Below, in pieces: positions 12,716-24,393 of a stretch of 64,000 nucleotides of DNA (its first letter is position 1; every line of letters starts with the position of its first letter). The DNA lies in assembly GCA_951406725.2 (NCBI GenBank), contig OX597829.1, forward strand, positions 21,514,001-21,578,000, read 5' to 3'. A program made the translations under genes and the position numbers. Under the pieces are notes generated by a model. It saw only the letters and a list, made by a program, of their open reading frames with translations. It was not told the origin of the DNA and searched no databases. Source of the stretch: Octopus vulgaris. Lineage: Eukaryota.

Positions 12716-13197
12716 CTACAACAGGCTTCTTTCAGATTCCCCCTACCAATTCCACTCACAGGGCTTTGGTCAGCCTGAGGCTATAGTAGAAGACACTTGC
12801 CCAAGGTGCCACACAGTGGGACTGAACCTAGAACCATGTGGTTGGGAAGCGAGCAACTTACCACACAGCCACTTCTATGCCTATATTGAAAACATATTAA
12901 CATTAACAAAAAAAAACTTGAAAGAATAAGGCAATCTTTTGTTTTAGAGACAAATATCAGAGTTTGTGTGAACCAACAATGGGAAATGTACAAAAATAAC
13001 TTGGCTACCATAAATGACCAAAACATATAAGTTAATGCATAAACATAGGTTATTATAGATTTCTCGTTATTTTTCAACATCATCACTTAGTTAACTCATT
13101 AAGATTTCCGAAGCATATTTATGTTTTAACCTTGTATTTTTGTGAATCTGTATTATTTACAAATTTGAATATCTACTTAAATAAACTACATTGTTGT

Positions 13198-14293
13198 TTA
13201 ACCTTTTAAGCATTCAGATTAATCTGTCAAATGTAATGCTTGTTTATTGACATTGCTTTGAATTAAATCATGCATTATCTCATAGCTTTGAGATTTTGAT
13301 AATGTGATTGTTTAGTTTTAGAACGACATTGTAGGGTAGGTGTGAGAGGCTGGATCTGGTCACTTTGAACATAAAATGAGTAGAATATTTCTTTACAAAA
13401 TCAACCTTGAATGTCAGGACTCACGGAGGCAAAGTGGCTGAGAACCTTTCAAGCATTGGGCCTGATGGAGGCAAAGTTGCTGAGTACCTTTCAAGTGTTT
13501 GGCCTGATGGAGGCAAAGTTGCTGAGTACCTTTCAAGTGTTGGGAATCATGGAGGTGAGGTGACTGAGTTCCTTTCAAGTAGGCCTCACAGAGGTGAGGT
13601 GGCTGAGTTCCTTTCGAGTGTTGGGCCACATTGGAGGCAAAGTGACTGAGCTCCTGGGCTGTATGGAGGCAAAGTGGCTGAGTTCCTCTTGAGTGTTTGG
13701 GCCTCACAGAAGTGAGATGGCCGAGTTCCTTTTGACTGGGCCTCATGGAGGTGAGATGGCTGAGTTCCTTTTGACTGGGCCTCATGGAGGTGAAATGGCT
13801 GAGTTCCTTTTGACTGGGCCTCATGGAGGTGAGATGGCTGAGTTCCTTTTGACTGCGCCTCATGGAGGTGAGATGGCTGAGTTCCTTTTTGAGCATTGGG
13901 CCTCATGGAGGCAAAGTGGCCGAGCTCCTTTCAAGTGTTGGGCCTTATGGAGGCAATGACCAAGACCTTTGGCATTATGTTGTGCTTGAGAAGAAAACTC
14001 ATCAAGTCGAGCAAAATTGCAGTTGTGGCAGATACTGGTGTCACACAAATGGCACCTGTGCCGGTGGCATGTAAAAGCACCCATTACATTCTGAGAGTAG
14101 TTGGCATTAGGAAGAGGATCCAGCCATAGAAAACCATGCCAAATCAGACTGGATCTTGGCATAGCCTTCCAGCATGCCAGCCCACTCAAACTGCCCAACC
14201 CATCATCATTTAGCATCCATGGACAATGGACGCTAAATGATGATGATGATGATTTTGGTTGGATATGGTTGGTTTAAATGCTAAAGGGCTAAT
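13198..14293. mobile_element. TTAA-flanked piggyBac-like MITE (about 230 bp) split by an insertion at about 13391-14251
   Basis: TTAA-CCTTTTAAGCATT...AATGCTAAAGGG-CTAA; family copies at about 45099-45300, 52797-53427 (split by a SINE) and 62319-62545. Confidence 0.75.
13407..13960 (+). repeat. Minisatellite, 39-42-bp unit, about 13 copies
   Basis: TGGGCCTCATGGAGGTGAGATGGCTGAGTTCCTTTTGAC near-perfect in 13737-13890; 42-bp variants upstream. Confidence 0.92.
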
Positions 14294-15860
14294 AAGCATT
14301 GATAAACTGAAACAATAAGACAATTGAAATCTTTTAATTACATCTTTAATTTATAGCTAGTTTATAGATTTGATTGTTTAAGCAGATATTCGTCTCTACA
14401 ATGCTTGGAATCCTCAGTACCCATCCCTTGCTCATTTATTACTGACCCTCCAACTTCAATTTCAATCTGAAAGTGCGGATTAAGCTCTATTTTTTGCATG
14501 GTTAAAGATGAGGTTTTGAAGTTACCTCAAAGATGAAAATAAAAGTAATTTTTGAAATTTCATTTAATAGGTGCAGGAGTGGTTGTGTGGTAAGTAGCTT
14601 GCTTACCAATCACATGGTTCTGGGTTCAGTCCCACTGCGTGGCACCTTGGGCAAGATCTTCTGCTATAGCCTCGGGCCAACCAAAGCCTTGTGAGTGGAT
14701 TTGGTAGACAGAAACTGAAAGAAGCCCATCATATATATATATTTATATATGTGCATGTGTATATGTTTATGCGTCTGTGTTTGTCCCCCTAACATCGCTT
14801 GACAACTGATGCTGGTGTGTTTATGTCCCCGTTACTTAGTAGTTTGGCAAGAGAGACCGATAGAATAAGTACTAGGCTTACAAAGAATAAGTCCTGGGGT
14901 CGATTTTCTTGACTAAAGGCGGTGCTCCAGCATGGCTGCAGTCAAATAACTGAAACAAATAAAAGAATAAAGAATATTCCATTCTACCAGAGAACAAATT
15001 CATATGTCTGTACATGCGAAATTTCAGGAATGAGGCCTCCTAGTATAAAGCACCACCTCATCAAATATTATTAGGGATGTCCAGAACTGTCCATTTTCTC
15101 CTTACAACCCCTATAAATCCAGCTATGTGTACCAGTGGCAGCAATATAAGGGAATTAAAAATCACTGATACGTTTGCTGTACTTGATAAGACACACATCA
15201 AGCTAAATAAGATTGTTGTTTTCCACATACAGGCTGATCCTTTCAGGTGCTGGTACCACTTTAAAAAACACCTGTGCTGGTGCTGTGTAAATGCACCTGT
15301 ACCACTGGCACTTAAAAAAGCACCCAGTACACTGTTAAGTGGTTGGCATTAGGAAGGGCATCAGTTGTAGAAACCATGCCTCAACAGACAGCCGACTTCA
15401 TATCAAACTGTCCAACCCATGCCAGCTTAGAAAGCAGACGTTAAATGATGATGATGACTGGCTAGCAGTGATAAATTCAGTACAGTAACTTTATGATTAT
15501 GATCATTGTTTTGACAATTTTCCTTACAGGAATTAGATGAGATTTGTTAGGGCAGGTTTTACTACGGCAAGATGTTCTTCCCACAGCTAATTCTCACTCG
15601 TTGCCAAGAAGATATTTCCCCACGAGACTGCAAACAAATACCACAGCTTACATGACAGGGATTTTCTATACTTCGGACTTACACCTGGTTTTTTCTGCAC
15701 TTCTACAAACACATGAATTACACTGGACTCTTCCATTGATGAGAAATCATTCTTATACACTACGATGTTTGAACCTTTTGGAATTTTCTGAACTCATTTT
15801 TGTACTTTCTTTCTCCTATTATCGTTTTTTCTTACTGTTTTCTCTCAATCCACACATTTT

Positions 15861-15898
15861 CTCATCTGATGAAGAGCACAGGCTTGAAACGTAAAAGA
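15861..15898 (+). ncRNA. Minimal hammerhead ribozyme motif within a short repeat (about 15850-16000)
   Basis: CTGATGA-A-GAGC-acag-GCTT-GAAA-C-GTA-AAAGA: intact core and stem II; stem I poorly paired. Confidence 0.6.
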
Positions 15899-16396
15899 CT
15901 TTCTTACCTTCCTGAGTGTTAAACTAATACGCCTGTTTGTTGTTTACACACTTGTCTTTGTCTTTTGTATTTTTTTTTGTAAATTTCAACTATATATATA
16001 TATACATATACTGTAATATGTTTCTTTCCAGTTTCTATCAATCAAATTCACTCACAAGGCTTTGTCAATCTCAAGTAGAAGACACTTGCCCAAGGTGCCC
16101 TCAGTGGGACTGAACCAGAGAACTGCATGGTTGTGAAGCAAAACAAAATTCTTAACCACAGTCATACCTGCAGCTTTCCGTTTCATTCTATGGAAATGTA
16201 GGTTAGTCTTCAGAAAAATATCAACTTAATTAATTAACAAACTGCGAAATATGAATAGGAGTGGGATTGGCCATGTGGTAAGAAGCTTGCTTTCCAATCA
16301 CGTGATTTCAGGGTCAGTGCTACTGCTTGACACTTTAGGCAGGTGTTTTCTACAATGGCCCAAAACTGACCAAAGATTCTTGAGTGGATTTGGTAT

Positions 16397-17860
16397 ACAC
16401 AACTACAAAGGTATTAAACTACTAGACCAAGTCATGAAAATTTCTGAAAGGGTTATAGCTCAATTCATTGGAAATAGAATTAAGCTACATGAAATGCAGT
16501 TTGGTTTTGTACCTTAGAAGAGTACCACAGGTGCCATCTTCTTAGCAAGACAGCTGCAGGAAAAGTAGTTGGCCAAAAGCAAGCCTTTGTACTTAGCCTT
16601 TGTCGACCTGAAGAAAAATTTTGACAGAGTTCCCCACTGTTATATAGTGGATTCTAAGGAAGTTAGTAGACGAGTGGTTTATTAGAGCTGTCCAAATCAT
16701 GTACAGTGGTGCTGTCAGTAAGGTGAGAGTCAGCCATGAATACAGTGATGAATTTAGCGTTCAGGTAGGGATTCACCAGGGCTCAGTTCTCAGCCCACTC
16801 TTATTCATTATAGTCCTCCAGGCCATAACAGAGGAATTCAAAACTGGGTGCCCATGGGAACTGCTATATGCTGATGACCTTGCTCTCCACTTGTCTCTGA
16901 CCTGTGCGTTCTATTCACATGCCTTGTCTCATTCTATTATTGCCATTTGCTAGCCTCTTACCTGCATGTACCACCCACACATAACAAGAAAACTTTTCCC
17001 TCACCCTACCCCAACAAACCAATTTACATCTCTTCCTCATATTTCCACCTTCATACACTATGCCTAGCTCTCACTCCCCAATCCTGTCCTCACACCCGTT
17101 ACTTTGTATCATTGCTATTCAGTAGCCCCTCCAACTCTATATATACCCAGGTCTTTCGCCACATACTCACACTCCCTTCACAATATCCTGCCATTTATAT
17201 TATAGCATTTGCTACCATCTATATCTCTCTCTTCCTTTACTCAACCATCTCATTTATATTTTGATCCCCATCCCTTGTGAGTATGCCCAATACTTTGCCA
17301 CCATCTTTTTCCTGCTGTCTCCCACTCTCTCTCCTTCTCCCGCACTTTCCTCAGGTTGGGCAACTGTGTATTTTCTTTGCGGTAGCACACCTGTTTCTGT
17401 CTTCATTCCTGATCTTTCTCTCTCTGGCTGGGTAGCCTTGTACTTCCTCTACAGCAAGACACCTATATCTGTCTCACAATAACCTTTTCATCATCCTCTC
17501 CTCCAACGCCTCCTCCTCCTCTCTTAAAAGATTTATTTTTTTATGTCTTGTAAGTACTTGGTGGCCCTGTCAGTGCAGGTGCTACTTAAAAGCACCCAGT
17601 CCACACTGTAAAGTGGTTGGCATTTGGAAGGGTATCCAGCTGTAAAATCGCTGCCCAAACTGACCTCGCCTGTGCTTGTGCCATGTAAAAAGCACCAAGT
17701 CCACTCTGCTGAGTGGTTGTTGTTAGGAAGGGCATCCAGCTGTAAAAGTCCTGCCAAAACAGTCACAGAAGTCTGCTGCAGGCTTCAGCCTGACTGGCTC
17801 TTGTGGTACTGCTCCACCCATGCCAGTATGGAAGGTGAAAGTCAAACAATGATGATGAAA
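16397..17860 (+). mobile_element. RTE-clade LINE remnant: RT fragment joined to pyrimidine-rich 3' UTR and tail
   Basis: NYKGIKLLDQVMKI, MQFGF, GIHQGSVLSPLLF, LLYADDL to about 16884; 16885-17860 matches 49315-50325. Confidence 0.88.
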
Positions 17861-18531
17861 TGTAAAGCAGCCTGTCATATGATTGTGTGTTGATTCCTTG
17901 CCTTGACTTCACATGATAGTTGTAAAAAAGTGTCACTGTCTTATAAGCAGTGTCATTCATTTACAATCTTCTGTGAAAATCTGTCTGGTTATGGGAAGTA
18001 ATTATCTTACCTGGAAACAGGTGACAGCTGGTGACAAGAAGAGCAATGGGCCATAGAAAATCCACCTCAACATATTCCATCTGATGTATGCAAGCATGGA
18101 AAAGTGGATGTAAAACAAATGATGGTGATGGTGATAAATGTAACAAAATGGTGAACCCTGGGTTTATAGTGAGCAACTATCAAATCCAGCAACCTTACTT
18201 AGCAATATCAAAATAATAACAAAGAGAAAAATGAGTGGACAGGTGAACATTATTACAGATGTAATAAGAAATATGTTTTTATATGTATTTTTTTTTTTTA
18301 GTTTCAGCTCAGAGCTGCGGCCATGCTGATGCACCGCCATTGTATATTTATATATATAATTTAAATTCATATATTTACAAGTTGTAAGAGCATCACAGTT
18401 AGATGCATGAATGACTTCACTTGAAAATTGAAATTAAATAATTTCTGAAATCATGTTACTGGTTAACTCTGAACTTACGAAGTACCTTTGAGCGTTAAAC
18501 CTGTGCTTCATAACGACTGAAGCAAAGACGC

Positions 18532-18537
18532 TTTATT
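18532..18537 (-). promoter_or_regulatory. Candidate GLE1 polyadenylation signal AATAAA
   Basis: tttatt on + strand, about 145 nt past the stop; AT-rich context, so could be chance. Confidence 0.45.
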
Positions 18538-18681
18538 TGAAACAAATAAAAAAATGATAAATAAATAATAAAAGATTTCATGTATTTAGAATTAGACTAA
18601 AATTATAAAAAAAGATAAAACGTTTGAGAGAAGTGAAAATGAATGGCATGTGTACAAATTGTCTAAATTGTAAAATTTATG

Positions 18682-19126
18682 TTAGCTAAGCCAGAAGGAA
18701 CTGGTTAAATATCCATATGGTGTAGCTATTTGGCCTTTATTTTTTATGTTAGCCTCAAGAAACGTTTCAAGTCTCGACACCGATCCAGCAGAAGCACTAA
18801 CAGCATTGATTTTGGGAAGGAATTCAGTTATTATTATATGAAGCAATTTCTGAAATGGCTTCTGGTAATACAGAAACAGCAAATGACCAGTGACTTCGAG
18901 GATATTATAGATCATTGCAGCTGTAATGTCAGGTCGAGGTTTCATATTCAGAATCCTTGTTATCCAAATCCAGCTGTTTTCAATTCCATGAGGGTGAGGT
19001 TTGGTACTTCCAATAGGCAGTGGTGAAACTATTATCGCAGCATATAACCGCATGATACCAGTCATTCTTTTCAAAAATCTTTCTTGTTCTTCAATTCTTC
19101 CACTTTCATACTTGTAACCCAGTAAT
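18682..19126 (-). CDS. GLE1: GLE1 terminal coding exon (LLGYKYESGRIEEQERFLKRMTGIMRLYAAII...LTSSFWLS*)
   Basis: tatag acceptor, TAA stop at 18684-18682; motifs FLKRMxGxxRLYAAII, HPHG and C-terminal LTSSFW match GLE1. Confidence 0.97.
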
Positions 19127-19249
19127 CTATAAAGTGAAATATATAAAGAGACAAAGAACATAATTAGAATTGCTGTTAACAAAAGTGTATATATTATGAC
19201 TGATACATACAGCTGTAAATATATATAAAATGTCTCTCTCTCTATACTC

Positions 19250-19652
19250 TACTTTTTACTTGTTTCAGTCATTTTGACTGCGGCCATGCTGGAGCACCGC
19301 CTTTAGTCGAGCAAATCGACTCCGGGACTTATTCTTTGTAAGCCCAGTGCTTATTCTATCGGTCTCTTTTGCCGAACCGCTAAGTGACGGGGACGTAAAC
19401 ACACCAGCATCAGTTGTCAAGCAATGCTAGGGGGGACAAACTCAGACACACAAACACACACACAAACATATACATATATATATACATATATACGATAGGC
19501 TTCTTTCAGTTTCCGTCTACCAAATCCACTCACAAGGCATTGGTCGGCCCGGGGCTATAACAGAAGACACTTGCCCAAGATGCCATGCAGTGGGACTGAA
19601 CCCGGAACCATGTGGTTGGTTAGCAAGCTACTTACCACACAACCACTCCTAT
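19250..19652 (-). mobile_element. SINE family A, minus-strand representative. Other - copies: ~7489-7902, 8847-9290, 12433-12883, 22060-22265, 31260-31560, 59605-59920, 61793-62164
   Basis: Reverse complement of the family A consensus; CpG-rich, so apparently young. Confidence 0.9.
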
Positions 19653-19654
19653 AA

Positions 19655-20790
19655 AATGTATGTGCGTATGAAGCTAGTATGCTCCACTGGAAGTGCAATA
19701 TAGGTGTACATGTGCAACAGAGTGTTAGTGTATTGAGAGAAAAGTTAGGCATAAGAGGAATTAGATGTAATGTGCAAGAGAGAAGACTGTGCTGGTTTCA
19801 TCATGTAATGAGGAGGGATGTACACAACTGTACAAAGAAGTGTCAATTACTTAAAATAGATGGAACCAGTGGAAAAGGGAAACCCAGGAAGACATAGGAT
19901 GAAATACTGAAGGCCAATCTCAGGACACTGAGTCTTATGAAAAAGATGACAAAGGACTGAGATATCTGGTGCCTTGATGTACTCAAGAAGACCCACCCAC
20001 CACTGAAGAATTATTAACATTCCCCTCCCAGCTGAAAGAGTTTTTGCCTCGAAGGGTTCTTGAGCTGGTCGCATAAATGGCACCCATGCCAGTTCATGTA
20101 AAAGCACCTATGCTGGTCCACATAAAAAGCATCCATGCTTGGTCCATGCAAAACACACCTGTGCTGGACCATGAACAAAGCACCCGTTCAGGACCACGTA
20201 AAAAGCACCGATGCTGGTCCATGTAAAAAGTACTTATGCCAGTCCACATATGGAACACCCGTATTGGTTCATGTAAAAAGTAACTATGCCAATCCACATA
20301 AATAGCATCTGTGCTGGTACCACTTAAAAAGCACTCGGCACACTCTGTAAAGTGGTTGGCATTAGGAAGGGCATCCAGTTGTGGAAACCAAACCAAATCA
20401 GAACCTTGTAAAGCTCTCCAGCTTGCCAGCTCTGGTCAAACTGTCCAATCCATGCCAGCAAGGAAAACGGGCATTAAGTGATGTATGTATGTTTGAATGT
20501 ATGTACATACATACATATGTAGTGCTAAAACAAAGAAGTGAGTGTGGCCACAGTTTGAAAGTTTTATTCAGATGGGTGGTGGGAGAAGCAATGCAAACAC
20601 AGCAAACCCATACAGCATGGGAAACACCCAGTACACTCTGTAAAGTGGTTAGTGTTAGGAAAGGGGATCCAACTGCAGAAACCAAGCCAAAGGAGACATT
20701 GGAGCTTGGCACAGTCCACTGACTTGCCAGCTCTTGTCAAACTGTCTAACCCATGCCAGCAAGGGAATGGCTGTAAAGTGATGACAATGA
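19655..20790 (+). mobile_element. RTE-clade LINE 3' fragment with ~25-bp minisatellite and duplicated tail
   Basis: VQERRLCWFHHV...GKGKPRKT; tail motif GTGGTTGGCATTAGGAAGGGCATCCAG at about 20352 and again, degenerate, at about 20645. Confidence 0.8.
20080..20335 (+). repeat. Minisatellite, ~25-bp unit, about 10 copies
   Basis: Consensus GCACCYATGCTGGTCCATGTAAAAA. Confidence 0.8.
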
Positions 20791-22945
20791 TATATATAAC
20801 CTTTATGTATAGATGTATCTAATGAGACCCGTATACAAAGTGTTATTGAATCAAGGGTTTTATTTAAAGTGACCTAAAAATAGGGAGTGTATTAGTAGAG
20901 TCAGATGGAAAACAGGAAGAGAAGAATAAAGAAAGAGAAAAAGGAGAGAAAAAAGAGATAAAAAAGAGAAGAAAATAAGAAACAGGAAGAGAGGAGTAAA
21001 GGAAAGAAAGGAAAAAGAAAAAAAAAACAAAGATATAGATAAGGGAAAGTGTACCAGTTAGTGGTCAGTGGAAAAATTTGAAAGCAGGAGTGGGGAGATA
21101 AAGGGTGATAGAGAGAGAAAGGTATTAAAGTGTAAAAAGATAAAAGGAATGGGGATGATAAAAAGTAAAGGAGTGACAAATGTGTAGTGATAGAGTCTAA
21201 GTGATGGGGCAGAGAGAGAGTTAGTAGTAAAGAATGAAGACTTCAGGAATTTAGATGGTTTGGCAGGTCAGTGCTTAGTAATATAAGAAAATATATATGT
21301 GAAGATAGACATGTATATATATATTTATACAGATGCGTGGCACCTTGGGCAAGTGTCTTCTACTATAGCCTCGGGCCGACCAAAGCCCTGTGAGTGGATT
21401 TGGTAGACGGAAACTGAAAGAAGCCCGTCGTATATATGTATATATATATATATATATATGAGTGTGTGTGTGTCTGTGTTTGTCCCCCTAGCATTGCTTG
21501 ACAACCGATGCTGGTGTGTTTATGTCCCCGTTACTTAGCGGTTCGGCAAAAGAGACCGATAGAATAAGTACTGGGCTTACAAAAGAATAAGTCCCGGGGT
21601 CGAGTTGCTCGATTAAAGGCGGTGCTCCAGCATGGCCGCAGTCAAATGACTGTAACAAGTAAAAGAGTAAAAGAGAGAGTATGCTTATACATATCAATAT
21701 CTACACACACAACTCTTACTCGTATGTATACACACACATGTGCACCCACATATATGTGCATCTGCATGCATTATCGCCCCAGTATAGGCAGGTATATATA
21801 CCTTGCATACATACGCACATTCACACATACTCACATACATACATACATATATGCATATACTCGCTCATACATATATATATGAGCATATGGATGGATGCAA
21901 ATACACACAAATATAATTAGATAGTTGTGATATTCGAGTATGAGTGAGGAATTAGATAGGGGTTAGGAGTTAGAATGTAGATTTATAAAGTTATTGGGAT
22001 TATCTAAGGGGTATTGTGGAAATGTACGGTATGGTCATTTAGGCATTTGGATTTATTCAGTGTAAGCTTAGTACTTATTCTATCAGTGTCTTTTGCTGAA
22101 TCACTAAGTTATGGGAACATAAACATAGCAAAATCGGTTGTCAAGCAATGGTAGGGGTACAAACACAGACACACACACACACAAATATACACATATATAC
22201 AACAGTCTTCTTTCAGTCTCCATGTATGAAATCCATTCATAAGCCTTTGGTTAATCTGAGGCTATAAAATATATATATATATCCATATATTATAACAAAT
22301 TTGAGATTTTACCAATAGAATCACAACCCCTATTTCAGGACAACCTTATTGTCTGGAATACACATAGAAAGTTATATTCAATATAATAATAAAATAATAT
22401 AAGCATTTAAAAAACCTACAATAAAATTATTTTTAAAATATTTGAAAAAATATAACTTAGCTGTTATTAGTCTGTGGGGAAAGAAGATATTTTTAATGTT
22501 TCTGCGCAGGTGGTGTGTTTATCCAGGCTATACCTAATATATAAATCCACCTTCGTGTCCTCAGGCTATTTATCTTATTGCTATTATTTAACGGATCAAA
22601 GTTAAAACTACATATTCTGAGACATATTAACTAGAAAATTAAGAATATAATAAAAATATAAAAATCAAATATATTTTTAAAAATTAAAAAAAATTTTTTT
22701 AACATTTTTTAATTTAAAAATTAAAAAATTATATATATATATATACAAAGTGAAACTATAATAGTGAAAATGTAAGAGATAATAGATTGCTCTGGGATTG
22801 CATTAGGCAAGAAGTTGAAAAGTTTTCTTGGCCCATGACACTGCATGGATGCTAAGTAAGGCATGTATAAAATATGAATGAAATCAGTTGGGTAGTTCTT
22901 GAGTTTTAGTGATGTGCACATACAGACACACCCACACCTTCTCAG

Positions 22946-22991
<46 letters not shown>

Positions 22992-23171
22992 CTTTAAATA
23001 CATATAAAGGTGCAAGGTGTGGCTGTCTGGAAAGAAGCTTGCTTCTCAGGCACATGGTTTCAGGTTCAGTCCCACTGCGTGACACCTTGTGCAAGTGTCT
23101 TCAACTATAGCCTTGGGCCAACCATAGCCTTGTGAGTGGATTTGGTAGATGGAAAACTGGAAGAATCCCAA

Positions 23172-23742
23172 ATTAGAAAATTACTATATGTAAATCTCAC
23201 AATGAGAGATATTCAGCAACAGTACTTTGGAGTAAAGATTATTTGCTGACATAACATGGAAATCCTGGTTTAAGACGAATGTTGCTGTAATTTAGTCCCA
23301 GGAGACATCGTCTCCAGCTGGCTATACGACATGATCTGTGTCCTTATATTTTCGAACTAGGACTGCCATGTTATGTTGACAAATAATCTTTACTCGAAAG
23401 TACTGTTGCTGAATATCTCTCATTGTGAGATTTACAAATAATAATTTTCTAACTTTTTCTAATTTATGAATCAGTGACTAGTTGTCACTTTGAAAACTAT
23501 ATATTTCAAATAGGAATTTGACAGTGCTACATCTAGCCGAACAATTATTCTGCACTGATGAAAGGAAATAACCCGGAAATCGTGATACACAGATATTGTT
23601 TTGAGCTGAGTGAGGGAGCTAGATTCCCTTGTTTGGAAATATAAGGGCACAGATCGTGTCATGAAGCCAGCTGGGGATGATGTCTCCTGGGGCTAAATTA
23701 CAGTAACATTCGTCCTAAACCAGGACTGCCATGTTATGTTGG
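23172..23742. repeat. Compound inverted-repeat element
   Basis: 23172-23267 pairs with 23357-23452; 23246-23357 pairs with 23631-23741. Confidence 0.88.
23549..23593 (+). ncRNA. Degenerate hammerhead ribozyme motif inside an inverted-repeat element
   Basis: TCTGca-CTGATGA-aaGG-aaataa-CCcg-GAAA-TC-gt-GA-TA-caCAGA. Confidence 0.5.
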
Positions 23743-24335
23743 TGGAAGAATCCTGTCGTGTATGTCTCCACCACCATCGCTTGACAACTGATGTTGGTGT
23801 GCTTATGTCCCTGTAACTTAGTGGTTTGGCAAAAGTGTCTGATAGAATAAGTCCTAGGTTTACAAAGAATAAATCCTGGGTTGATTTGTTCGAATAATGG
23901 CAGTGCTCCAGCATGGCTGCTATCAAATGATTGAAACAAGTAAAAAAGGAAAAAAAAAAGAATATATCTTTATATATACATAAATAAATTCTGTGAGCCA
24001 CCTCTTTCCCTTGTTTCTCTTAGGAGATAATCACTTATCAAATGTGTGTACGAGTGTGTGTGTGTGTCTTTGATATTGAACATACATGTTTGTGTGTGTG
24101 TGTGTGTTTGTGTATAATTTTTTGAGATTGCTTTTATGTACTGCCCTCTACTGAGTGTTTCCCCACCCCCTCCGCATGTTTGTAATTGTTAATGTACACA
24201 CATACACACAGACAAACACACATATACACACATATTCTGTCAAAACATCCCTTCCCTTTGTGGAAACAATCACTTTGATTAGGAGTATGGAGGAGGTATT
24301 TGATGTTTGGACACACATTTTCATGCATGTGGGTC

Positions 24336-24393
<58 letters not shown>

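Noticed and set aside
13407-13959. Repeat-protein ORFs, or a CRISPR-like array
   Set aside because: Contiguous 39-42-bp tandem units without unique spacers, no cas genes, eukaryotic context; derived from an RTE end.
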